Of a stretch of DNA of 35,077 nucleotides, positions 1 to 11,600 are shown one piece after another. Numbering within the stretch: position 1 is the stretch's first letter; every line of letters starts with the position of its first letter. A program made the translations under genes and the position numbers. The notes under the pieces are model-generated. The model was not told the DNA's origin and did no database searches. It saw nothing but the letters and a program-made list of their open reading frames with translations. Source of the stretch: Utricularia gibba (Eukaryota > Plantae > Magnoliophyta); assembly GCA_002189035.1 (NCBI GenBank), contig NEEC01000100.1, forward strand, positions 1-35,077. Direction: 5' to 3'.

Positions 1-1
1 G

Positions 2-103
2 AGTAGAGTCTGCGCTAGCATATTCGAAGTTCGTCGTGTTTGTACTCGTCTCAGCATCACCACCATGAGTAGGAGAAGAAGGTGGCTCAAGGCCTTTTGT
101 CAT
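2..103 (-). CDS. Possible first coding exon of a gene running off the left edge (MTKGLEPPSSPTHGGDAETSTNTT...)
   Basis: On the minus strand an acceptor-like CTTGCAG is followed 6 nt later by ATG at 103, and the frame stays open to the window edge. No family recognised. Confidence 0.25.
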   Translation of the reverse strand, partial: MTKGLEPPSSPTHGGDAETSTNTTNFEYASADST

Positions 104-614
104 TGACCCCTGCAAGAAGTTTGCTGTGGAGTAAAAAGCATTGTCATTTTTCATTCCGTGAAGATTTCTTGCATGTTTTAGAGGGCATAAGCATATCAAT
201 ACGACAAGCAGAACAGTGAAAACAGCACGAAAAGCAGCCATATTAGCGATGCAGGGCAGAGACGGAACAGGTGTTGGGGAGGATGGCCTAATCCGAAAAC
301 AAAAGTGTTTATATATATAGATGGAGGCTATGATGAAGACGTTCAAATTCGGAAGGGAATGTGATGCCTATGCTGTTGAACCTCGTGCATGTATTGGACA
401 GGTGTGAAAACTATGAGGTTAGCCGCCACCCACATCCGAGACTGTATCTTTCTTGGAAGTTTCTTCGTCTAAAGAAGCCTTCACCTAGATTCATGGCTTG
501 GGTTTAAGAGTTAAGCCACTGTTAAAAAGGAGATCATATGGTGTAACCCTCGTAGACAAGAATCACTCTTTTTTTAAACGAACCAGACTGGCTTTCTCAA
601 CCCTCTAAACACCA

Positions 615-3600
615 TCATATCGCGGAATTGCAACTGCATGCAGAAGACATGGGAGGAAAGTAATAAAACTCGTTCTGAGTATATTTTACAAGTCTGACTG
701 GCTAGCATATTAGCCATTAATCTAGTAGCAGACATTAGTGGATGATGGAACATAAAGCATCCAGTACTCCAAAAAAAAAAAAAAAATTGCACAACTTTAC
801 CTTTCAATCTTCTCGATTCTTCCTTACTTTTCTACAAGATTCCTTCTTAGTCTCCTACTAGTTTTTGCTCTCTCTAGCGTTTCAAGAAACTTTCCTTCTC
901 CATGGAAGCTACCGGGAAAGAAGCGGTTTGGTGCAGCCAAATAGTGGTTGGTCGTTACTTTACCAGCCAGCGGCACCAGATTTTCGTTCGATTCTCCAGC
1001 CCTCCAAAACTGACCAAGTGCGCATGGCGTTGAATGCATGTTGCTATAGAAAAATCAACAGGACCCGTTGGACCAGGAAACTTGACCAAAACAATTGGGC
1101 CAACAAATTCCTCGAAAAGCAAGTGCAAGGCATCAGCAACAATACACATAGCTATCTATCAGCATTGATGATATGTTGTGGGTTTGGAGCAACGTTGGCT
1201 TGAGCTTGAGAAGTAAGTTTCAAACAGAGAACAGACTTAACAACAGGTAATACTTGGAAGTATTCAAACACTTCCTATGAAAGTAGACCGTTACAGTAGT
1301 TAGTGGGCTTCAGATGATGATTTGGACCTTTGGGCTTTTCTAGGTTGATGCCGGGCCTCATTCTCTAATCAACCCAGGTTTCGCTCTCCTCCAGAATCGC
1401 ACCATTACAGATAGACGCCGGTGTGCTGAGTTCTTCAGGACGTAACGCTGATGCAGCATAATCTAACACTCTCCTTGCTGCGAAGCTTCTGAGTTTTTTG
1501 TGGGACATTCCTTCATACCTACCTTGTCTCTTAGGTAAGCAAATCGTTTGGGCGGCAGGAATTTTGTAAGTAGGTCAGCAGCCTGCTCTTCAGTTTGAAT
1601 ATACTTGAGCGCGATTTCTCCATTTGATACAAACTCTCTAAGAGCATGATCGAACTCTGATATGTTTGCTCCTCCCGAATTGCGTTGGATTTTCCCTAGA
1701 GCAATTGCTGACTTATTATCGATCCAAAGGGTGGTAGCCCCGTGAGTTGGTAGGTCTATGTCTTCCAGAATTTTCCTGAGCCATATGGCATGTTTAGCAG
1801 CTTCCACTGCTGCAATGTATTCCGCTTCAGTGGTCGATAGTGCAATGATGTCTTGCTTCCTGGATGCCCAACTGAAGACTCCTGATCCGAATGTGAAGAG
1901 GTAACCGCTTGTGCTCCTTGAATCCTCAAAGCTACCTGCATAGTCAGAGTCAGTGAATCCAGATGAATTCATACCTGTGCCTTTTTTGAATGCTAGACCA
2001 TAGGCCATCGTTGAGTTCAAGTATTTGATGATCTGCTTGGCTGCGTCCATATGATGTTTGTGAGGATTCCGTAGGTAGCGAGAGAGATAGCTGACATAAA
2101 AACAAATGTCAGGTCTGGTAGCAGATAGGTATATAAGCGAGCCAATCAAGCTACTGAAGATTTTATCATTGGCAGAAGCTTCTTCGTTGATTTGATCAGG
2201 CTTCATGGCAGGTACACTAGCAGTCTTTGCATTACTCATGTGGTATTTTTTTATGAGATCAGCAGTATATTTGTGTTGGCTTAGGTAGATGCAATCAGGA
2301 GTATGCTTGATCTCTAGCCCCAAGAAGTAGCTCATTGTTCCTAGATCGCTCATCTCAAATGTAGTCATGAGTTGCTGTTTTTCTTGATTCAGTAGATGAT
2401 TGTCATTGCCAGTAAGAAGAATGTCGTCGACGTAGAGAGACAGAATGAGGTACTTCTTTTCGTTCTTCAACGTATAGAGTGTGGTGTCGTTTTTGCTCCT
2501 TTGAAAACCCTTGAATGAAAATGGGAGTCAATTCTGGTATACCAGGCCCGTGGTGCTTGCTTTAAACCGTATAGGGCCTTATGGAGTAGCAGGACTTTGT
2601 TTTCTGCTCCTTGTTTGACAAATCCAGGAGGCTGTTGAACATATACTTCCTCTTGTAGGGCCCCATTTAAGAAGGCTCTCTTGGCATCCAGGTGAAAGAT
2701 GTCCCAGTGATTGCAGGCAGCCAATGCTATCAGTAATTTGATGGTATCAAGGTGAGCAACAGGGGCAAAGGTCTCACTGAAATCAATCCCAGGTATTTGA
2801 GAATACCCCTGAGCTACCAGACGAGCTTTCAGTTTGTTCACAGTCCCATTTGCATTTAGCTTTGTGCGGAATATCCATTTCACACCTATTATTCTACGGT
2901 TGGGGGCTTGGATACTAATTCCCATGTCTCGTTTTTTTCAATTGATTGAATTTCAGAATCCATGGCAGCTTTCCAGGCCGGATCCTGGTAGGCAGAACTC
3001 CAGTCCGGAGGTTCTTGAGCAACTAGGCAGCGAGCATATATTTGGTTGATGTCTCTGTAACCTTGCACAGGAACTTCTCCATCGTCAATATAGGAATCAG
3101 TGTTGGTAGGCTGCTGAGTGAGTGGTGTATCTATTAGAGACGTTGAGCTGGTGGCGGGAGTAGGAGAATTATCCCTTAGATCATCATCCGTATCAGGAAA
3201 CGGCTCTTTAAACAGGTCGTTCCATGCATAGGAAGTAGGTATATTTTCTGGAGTCCAATCCCAGGATTTTTGTTCATCTACTAAGACATCCCGACTGATT
3301 ACGATTTTTTGTGTCATTAGATGCAGTACTCGATATGCCTTGGAGACGTCGCTGTACCCTAAGAAAATTCCGGTATCTGCCCGTTTATCCAGTTTGCCAT
3401 GGCGTTTTTCTGGAGGCACATAAATGTAACAGAGACTTCCAAAAACGCGCAGATGTTTCACTTGAGGAGGTGTCCCATACCAAGCTTCATATGGTGTTTT
3501 GTTAGGTAAAGAGGAAGTAGTACACCGATTTAGAAGATAGATTGACGTATTTATTGCTTCGCCCCAAAAATAGCTTGGCAAGGTTTTTTTGAAACAGGAG

Positions 3601-6558
3601 ACACCGGCTCATGTTCATGATGGTCCTGTTCTTGCGTTCTGAGGTACCGTTCTGCTGCGGAGTGTACGGAGCAGTTAACTCATGCTTGATCCCTTGAGAC
3701 TCACATAGAGTAATCAGCTCGGTGGGTGAGTATTCTCCACCGTTATCAGTTCTGAGTTTAACAATCCGTTCTTTGGTTTCATTTTCAACTGCAGATTTGA
3801 AGAGCTGGAAATAGTAGAGGACTTGAGATCGATGCTTCAAGAGGAAGATCCAGGCATATTTGGTAAAATCGTCAATGAACAGCAGGAAGTACCGGTTGCC
3901 ACTTGGAGTTGCACAGCTCATGGGGCCACACACATCGGAGTGCACAAGTTCCAATTTTCGAGAGCTTTTCCAGGTTCGAGATTCAAACGGAAATTTGCTC
4001 ATCTTTCCTTGCTGACATATAGAGCATATAGCTGTGTGGTGTTTCAGTTCTGAGATCCCATCAACCAGCTTGTGGCGCTGCATGTGAAGTAAGGTTTGTT
4101 GACATATGTGCCCAAATCGTTGATGCCAAGTTTCTGTCATTAGGCTGCTTAGACATAGGTCAGTCCTGTCACTGGGAGAAAAATTGATAGGATAAACTCT
4201 GTGATGTCGCTCTGCCTTAAAGAGTACTTTTCCTGTGGAGTCTTTAGTTGTGATGGAAGTACTGTCGTGTGTGTAGTTGATATTCTGATCCTGCAGTTGG
4301 CCATAACTGATGAGGTTGTGATGAGCTCTTGGCACATAGTACACGTCTTTGATAATTTTTCCAGATATGGAGATATTGTCAATTCCAGCGGGGATAAGTT
4401 TTTCCTGTCCAGCAGCTTGTAAAATTTTTATTTATGATAGAGAGTTCAAGGTTTGAAAGCAAGAAATATCATAAGTCAGGTGGTTGCTGCAGCCACTGTC
4501 TAGGTACCATTGCTTGTCTTTTGTGCATGATTCGTCGTTTGCAGATAGACTGGTGTGAGTTTCAGTAATAGTAAGAATCATATCACTCATAGCCTGGGAG
4601 GTTTCGGAGATACCAGCTACTGCTAATAATTCTTTTGCCTTTCTTTTTTCAGGACATACCTGCTCAATATGTCCTGTGGCAGAGCAATAGGTACACTTGT
4701 TAGATGGATTCCAGAAGCAGTCTTTGTTGAGGTGATTTTTTCCTTTGCAGAATTGGCAAGGTGGGTGAGGTCCTCTTTTCTCCCTTTTCGTCCCTTCATT
4801 TTGACTTGATCTATAGTTCATGTAGGCTGCTTGTAGGATTTTTTCTTGGGGCTTCTCTTGTTCTTCTAGCATATTGATCCTTTGTTCTTCACCCCGTAGA
4901 GTGTTCAGTAATTCAGATGGTGTCAAATTTGTGAGACTCCTTGTAGCAATGAGAACTCACTACTGGGCTGAACTTGGAAGGCATACTTGTGCATATTTTG
5001 TTAATAACTCTCTCGTCTTCGACTGTTCCTCCTAGTAGCTTGATTTTGCTAATAGGCTTGTTGAGTTTGTTTGCAAATGACTGAATGGAGTCTGAGTTTG
5101 ACATTCTCACCAGGTCAAATTCCCTCCAAAGGTTTAGTCTTTCTGATTGTCTTGAATTTTCGGTTCCTGAAAATTCCACTTCTAGTATTTTCCAAGCTTC
5201 CCTTGCAGTTTCGCAGTTAACAATCATCAGAAACATTTCATCAGTAAGTGAGCCATGAATTGCAACCAGCGCCTGCGAGTTAACCATTGTCTCTTCTTTG
5301 GTGAGTTCTCTTGTTTTTCCTTCTTTGTCTGTGGGTGGATCTTTGATTACTATGACCCATAGACCAAGAGCTTGCATGTAGCATTTCATTTTAGCTGCCC
5401 AGATAAGATAGTTCTTTCCATCGAACTGGGGTGGTTGTAGCCGGTTGAAATTGTTTGTTTTGTTGCTCATGTTGTTCCTGCGTTGTTAGTGATATAAAAA
5501 TGAAAGTAACGATGTGTGTGGTTGTGTGATGTGTTATACCTGCTTCATTGTTCGAAACAGGGCTCTGATACCATGATGATATGTTGTGGGTTTGGAGCAA
5601 CGTTGGTGCTTGAGCTTGAGAAGTAAGTTTCAAATAGAGAACATACTTAACAACAGGTAATACTTGGAAGTATTTAAACACTTCCTATGAAAGAGTCGAC
5701 CGTTGCAGTAGTTAGTGGGCTTCAGATGATGATTTGGACCTTTGGGCTTTTCTAGGTTGATGCCGGGCCTCATTCTCTAATCAACCCAGGTTTCGCTCTC
5801 CTCCAGAATCGCACCATTACAGATAGACGCCGGTGTGCTGAGTTCTTCAGGACGTAACGCTGATGCAGCATAATCTAACACGCATGAGAATCAAACTGCT
5901 TAAAAGTTTCCTGTGCAAGTGCATGCAGCTTACAATAGTGAGTTCGATGGTCCAAAACTAACTTCCTCGTTTAAATCCAAGTGCCTGAGGATGCTACAAT
6001 AGACTAGCGACCGGGGTTCCTGTCCCCCGGTTTCTCCATCGAATCAAATGCAGTGTTAGTTCTGGGATTGGGATTGCGTCACTGATTACACCACCAACCA
6101 AGTCTTCCCAACAATGAACAACTAAGAGACGGACCCCTGAGTTTTTTCTGGGCCAATATTGCATGCGTGTATCCGATATCCATCAGCACCGGCCCACCGG
6201 TGATCATCATAAATAAGCAAGTTTTATTAAAAATGAAAAAGCGATGGCCCATGTTGAGGGGGTGAGTTGGGCCCAACCCTACAGATAACACATGTTTTGG
6301 GGTCCAAAGAATTCACTTCGATACGTAAGATGCAAGTGCCAGTGCCAGCTGGTGAAGAGGTTGGCCCGAAGCTCATACGCCTCCTCTGGTTTGTCGGTGC
6401 GGGAGGTAATAGTTCGGAAATGAAATATTTAATCGAGATAGGAATTTTCTTAGCTCTTGTTCTGCGGCATTTGCATTCAGTTTTGTGCACCGCGGGGATC
6501 AACAAGTGGAAGGAATTAGGGAAGAAAGCGATGGCTGAGAAGGAGAAGCAGAGCCCAT
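615..6558 (-). CDS. Unidentified multi-exon host gene, fragmented by indels, hosting element A in an intron (proposed exons ~6558-5934, 1043-828, 633-615)
   Basis: Donor GTAAGC at 5933 and acceptor TTTTCTATAG at 1044 join in frame (phase 2) across element A, giving ...[28 protein letters not shown]...[20 protein letters not shown]. Donor GTAAGG at 827, acceptor CATGCAG at 634. The first exon needs several single-base restorations and has one in-frame TGA. Confidence 0.4.
1166..1468 (-). repeat. Element A 3' LTR (303 bp)
   Basis: Direct repeat of 5574-5880; reads TGTTAG...ATCATCA on the minus strand and directly follows the PPT. Confidence 0.96.
1463..5470 (-). pseudogene. Element A gag-pol, disrupted as sequenced
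   Basis: Six ORF pieces. In-frame TAA at 4432-4434 shortly after the protease motif; frameshifts near 4952, 3585, 2904 and 2511; compensating pair near 1691 and 1650 inside RNase H. Some may be sequencing errors. Confidence 0.8.
1469..1476 (-). other. Element A polypurine tract (AAGGAGAG)
   Basis: Purine run directly abutting the TG of the 3' LTR on the minus strand. Confidence 0.85.
5561..5573 (-). other. Element A primer-binding site, tRNA-iMet (TGGTATCAGAGCC)
   Basis: Canonical plant copia PBS directly after the 5' LTR with no spacer. Confidence 0.95.
5574..5880 (-). repeat. Element A 5' LTR (307 bp)
   Basis: Direct repeat of 1166-1468, differing by 5 substitutions and two 2-bp indels. 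Confidence 0.96.
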
Positions 6559-6856
6559 CAGGTCCCCTAGAATGAACTGCTATCTCTCATGGATCCCCAG
6601 ATTCGGACAACCTGCTTCCTCCGAGTTTCATTAATCAATTTTTTTCTTGAAGGTTGACACTGTTCTATGATTATATGGTTAACTGCGATGGTGATTGTTA
6701 ATTTCAATTCGAAGATTGAAGTTTGATTTACCAGGAGGGCTGCACCTGTCGCAGTTTCTCCATCATCCTGCATTTTTTTCCTGCAAAACTTATAGGGACC
6801 ATTTGAGTTTCACTGCAGTTGTTGAAACCATCATCTCTGAATGTATTCACCACTTG

Positions 6857-6874
6857 GAGAGAGAGAGAGAGAGA
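6857..6874. repeat. (GA)9 microsatellite
   Basis: Direct reading. Confidence 0.9.
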
Positions 6875-8030
6875 AGTACGGTGATTTTTTATTTTTCTTT
6901 TCCTTTCATTTGGAATGCACTCGTTTCTAGATAAGCAGAAAGATGCTGTCTTTTGGGGTGGGTATGCAAGCAGACTCTAGAAGCGGCCGAAGGTATGGAC
7001 TGGACGGGAAACAGAACTGGCCGGCCTATCTCCCTCGGATTTTATGGATACAACCTGGATCATATCTACGATGGTTAACTTTGAACTGATAGCCATGCCG
7101 TGTGTGAATTGCTTGGTACATAACTTGTGTCACTGCACCACTGTTAAGAGTCTAACAAATACCTTAGGTGATCGTCTGTTTAACTAACTACTCTAACTAC
7201 TTCATCTCCATTGACCCATCCCCTCTGCTGCGCGTGAGAGACGAGGAAGAGAAGCCCTGTCATGTAATTTCCTATTTATCCCTGAAATGTATGCCACCTT
7301 TTCTTTCCTTCTCTCTTTCTTGTGAGCAAGGAACCCCATCAAGAAAAGCAAGCGCTTATGGTATCTTTTTGCATGCCTGGTCAGCTGTGCTTCTAAGTTT
7401 GTCAATGTCCAAGGGGCAGGAGATGTTTCTTAGGTGTTTGTGCAGGGGGGAGAAGAGATCTCCTGAAGGGGATTTTTTTTTTTTTTTTTTGCTGATAAAA
7501 TTTATTATCTGAGCCATTTCTTCAGGTGTTATAGCATTTTAAACGAATGTTATCGTCTTTTTTAATGGGCAAGAAGGGATTGATGACGCCATTGCCATAC
7601 CTTGCCGGTATTTGAGGGTCTTGGTGACCATTTATTGCATTGCATTGCCCGCGCCTCTGACGGCCAACCGAACGTTGGTTTCGCAGGTGAAGGGACCAGG
7701 CTTCCCCCTTTGGGGCCAGACCAGCAAGAATGGAGGTGCTTGGTGAGGGATTAAAAGCCAGCCCTTTGGTCCCTTGGATCTGCCTGCTTATATCAATCAT
7801 TTCCACTTTTTTTTAATTTTCTTCTCTTCCACAGAGCAAACATCTGTGGTCCTTGTCCTCAGCCACCATTTATCAATCCCAGCCTTGGCCTCAGTACAAA
7901 CTACAAACCAACCTTGGGAGTTTATTTTTACTTCTAAACTGCTCCTCCCTCTCATAAATGTGTACTTGCCACCGAGGGCATGTCTTTTGGCCACCCAATG
8001 TCTCTGTAAGATAAGCTAAGCGTTTTTTTA

Positions 8031-8048
8031 ATATATATATATATATAT
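8031..8048. repeat. (AT)9 microsatellite
   Basis: Direct reading. Confidence 0.9.
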
Positions 8049-8660
8049 AAGCTAAACAACTTTAGGAGAATTAAAGAATTTATATTTTATTGGGTTTCCT
8101 GATAAGCAGAAGATGTGGAATGGAATCCAGACACTTTATAAAACTCCCACCGACAACTCGCTTTTCTACATCTCCTATTACTGCTGATGCTAATGGCGAG
8201 ATTAAGCTACTTGGGATGATGGGCCATGGACAGGAAGGAGAACCGACGCCTCTTAACTCTTGACCCCCGCAGCCCGTTCAACCACATGATACTACCGAAT
8301 TACTCGAGACACGTAAAAGAGCGTCATCCTTGTGAGTTCTTCATTGTGAGCAAGCCGGAATGATGGAACAAGACTGGAGGCATCCTTGGATGATCACGGT
8401 CCAACGGAACCAATAACACAAAAAAGAGACAACAACGTGTCGGGGTGTTTAATAAATGAATGAATGAATGAACTATGATGATAGGAGCAAGCTGGTGTTC
8501 CAATGGTCTTGTGAAGTCTGGCTCCTTCCTACCTACCCAGTGGATGACTTTGTTGCTGTTATTGACTCACTTTCTCCCCGCGGCATGTCTGTCACTGACG
8601 ACGTCCATCGAGCAGCCTCCACTCACTCGGATATTAGATGGATCCCAGTAGACCGACTTT

Positions 8661-11600
8661 TTACGTGTTGCTATAATGTCTCACCGACGTCTCCAGCACC
8701 TCTCGGTTCGGGCAAACCATTTCTTTCACCCGGTTCCCTTTTCTGTATATCTTGAAGGTTGGTACTACCCTCACGTTCTCTGCTTGGGCAATCGCAAACG
8801 CCTCCTCAATATCCACCTTCAACAATAACAGCAAAAACCACAATAAGGTGAGGCTACATAGCACACACACACACACACACACCCCTCTGTTCTCCTCTAC
8901 CTTGAGAAAGTTAACATATGGGTATTTGGTGCATAATTTGTCCAGGAACGGCGACATCTGCTTGGATTCGAAATTGCAACTTGTTGTGAAATGGACCACC
9001 GAAGCACCTGCACGAAAGTTAAGATGTGCACACACACTCACCACGAATACCAAGCTGTCTATCCATACTAAAAGTATTTTTGGCTGCTTGATTTTGTTGG
9101 AGACTTGGTTGAACGTTGAGAGAATGTTGAAGTTTGTGGATATTGACTATTGTTTTTGGATCGAAAAGAACTTTCCTTTTTTTTCATAAAGCAAACAGGG
9201 ATTTATATAGATGAGGAGAGTTGCCCGTTGGATCATATCAGGCCTAAAATATGACCGTTGCCTTTAGTCTGTAGATTAGTCCTCTTGTTCATCTACTGTG
9301 TAGCAGCCAGAATTTACTAGGACTTCTTTCATGGACTGGGCTTCAGATGCTTCTTCTTGGGCCAGTAGTTTGGAATGTTGAGGCCCAAGTATGATAAGGC
9401 CTTTTTCCCAATCTAATTGAGGGTTGCTTCTCATGGGAGGAACAGAGGTCGCGCGCCATTCATCTTCGCGGGTTGAGACTTCCCGGATCTTCGTTGCTCC
9501 ACCACTTGCTGACATTCCTCCCTGAGGGAGTAATGAAGATCCGGCTGTTGTCACAAGAGGATTTCTCCGAATTCCCAGCATTTCTCTGATTCTGTTGAAA
9601 TTCCTTGGGAATAAGCATTTGGTGAGAATATCTGCAGGTTGCTCATCCGATGGTAAGTACTCAAGTTTAATCAGTCCTTCCTTCACATAATCTCTGAGTA
9701 TATGGTATTTAAGCTTGATGTGCTTGGTCCGACCGAACATCACAGGATTTTTTGCGATGCTAATGGCAGATTTGTTATCTATCTTGAGTATTATCGGTCT
9801 TGTAATTTGAATTTTCAGGTCATCGCATAATTTCACCAACCATTGCGCATGGTTGGCAGCAGCAGCTCCTGCGATGTATTCGGCTTCTGCGATGATTGTG
9901 CAGTGACGGCTTGTTTCTTGCTGTTCCATGAAAATACCGCTGATCCTAAGTTGAATAGATAGCCTGTGGTAGATTTACAATCTTGTTCGTCGCCAGCAAA
10001 GTCTGAATCAACAAATCCCTGCAAAATAGGGTTAGTACCTTTCTTGTAATATAAACCAAAGGAAGTTGTGGCCTTCAAATATTTCAGGATACGTGTTGCT
10101 ATTTCCAGGTGTGTGTTGTGTGGCTGATGCATGAATCTGGCCAGAAATGATACGGCGAAGGTTATATCCGGTCTAGTAGCAGTTAAATACATCAGAGCGC
10201 CAATGAGTTTCTGGTAGTTATGAGAGTCAACTGGATGAGAATTAAGGTCAGATAATTTCTTTCTAACTTCTGGTGAGAAAGGAGTAGTAGATACTTTTGA
10301 TGATTCCATGCTGTATTTTTTGAGTAGTTCCTCTGTATATCTACGTTGGTTCAAAAATATGAAGTCTTTATGTTGAATGATCTCCATTCCTAGGAAATAA
10401 CGTGCATGTCCCAGATTGGTGAGTTCAAATCTTTGCTGCAATAGCTTCTGTAATTCAGAAATTCGTTCTTCACTGCTGCCTGTGATTAGAATGTCGTCTA
10501 CGTATAAGGAGACAATAACTTTTCCTTGGATATCCTCAGATATGTATAATGTAGTATCATTTTGACTTCTTGTATATCCCAGCTCTAGAAAGAAAGTGTC
10601 AATGGTAGTATACCATTCTTTGGGGGCCTGCTTGAGTCCGTATAAAGCTTTATTTAATTTCAGTACATATTCTGGATTATCTCGGATGATGAAACCTGGA
10701 GGGGGGTTCACATATATGTCTTCGCTTAACTCTCCATGCAGAAAGGCCGTTTTTATGTCCAGATGATGTAAATACCACTTGTTGCAGGCCGCAAGTGCAA
10801 TAATCAGCTTAATGGTGTCTAATCTTGCCACCGGAGCGAAGGTTTCCAGGTAATCAATCCCTTCTTTCTGTAAATATCCCTTTACCACCAGTCTGGATTT
10901 TCTTTTGTTCAGAGTGCCATCAGGATTTAACTTGGGACGGAATATGAATTTTAGGTCCAGAGGTTTTTTCTGCTTCGGCTTAGGCACTGCTGTCCAAACG
11001 CCGTGTTTCTGGATGGAGTTGAATTCTTCGTCTATGGATTTCTTCCAATCTGGGTCAGCGAGAGCTTCCTGAACGCTTGCTGGTTCATAGGTGCTCAATG
11101 CCCTATCATAGATATCGTTGATTGGTGCATATCCTCGCACAGGTGAGCTGTCTTCATTTTGTTTCAGATCCATACATAGATGATGTGGGGTGTAAGGAAC
11201 CCCTTCTTGTCCGTAATCTTCCAGGTAACTTTGCCTTTGAGGTGAGGGAATGAGTATAGGATTTCTTGCTGCTAGGTTGGGTCCTCGGTTTTGAGTTTCT
11301 TCATCTTCTCCTGATGAGTTTTCTTCTTCTGATGTATCGGTTGATGATAGCTCAGTGATTTCCTTTGGATTTCTGATGCTGTTGATGAGGGTTTCATGAC
11401 ATTCTAGAGTTTGTTCAGGTATGTGCTCTGAGTCTGCATCCTCATATCTCATGTCTTCGATAGTAGTGGCCAAGGAGCCTTCTGGAAACTGTTGGGTATT
11501 AACAGGATCTTCTGTTGTACAGGGGCTTTCGGGCTCAATTGTTCTCGGAACATCAGGACTAGGTGGTGGCAAATTTTCGCTATTAGAGACTTCTAGGATG

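Larger units (their letters stand above)
1166..5880 (-). mobile_element. Element A: full-length Ty1/copia LTR retrotransposon, 4715 bp, probably Ivana/Oryco lineage
   Basis: Paired LTRs with TG...CA ends, iMet PBS, PPT, and domain order gag (two CCHC knuckles)-PR (YLDSGCSNH)-INT ([19 protein letters not shown])-RT (YVDD)-RNase H (FTDSDYAG). Flanks AGCAT (1161-1165) and CGCAT (5881-5885). Confidence 0.96.

Noticed and set aside
1463-1468. Element A pol stop codon inside the 3' LTR
   Set aside because: A two-codon overlap is common in copia elements.
7693-7704. GGACCAGGCTTC, a 12-nt match to miR165/166
   Set aside because: The flanking bases do not match the mature miRNA and I found no star arm.
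8752-9189. 145-aa plus-strand ORF
   Set aside because: Antisense to TTL exons, and runs through a CA microsatellite and an LTR end.
9833-9929. Programmed ribosomal frameshift inside element B RNase H
   Set aside because: No slippery heptamer is present, copia pol is not known to shift here, and one missing G restores the conserved AEAEY motif.
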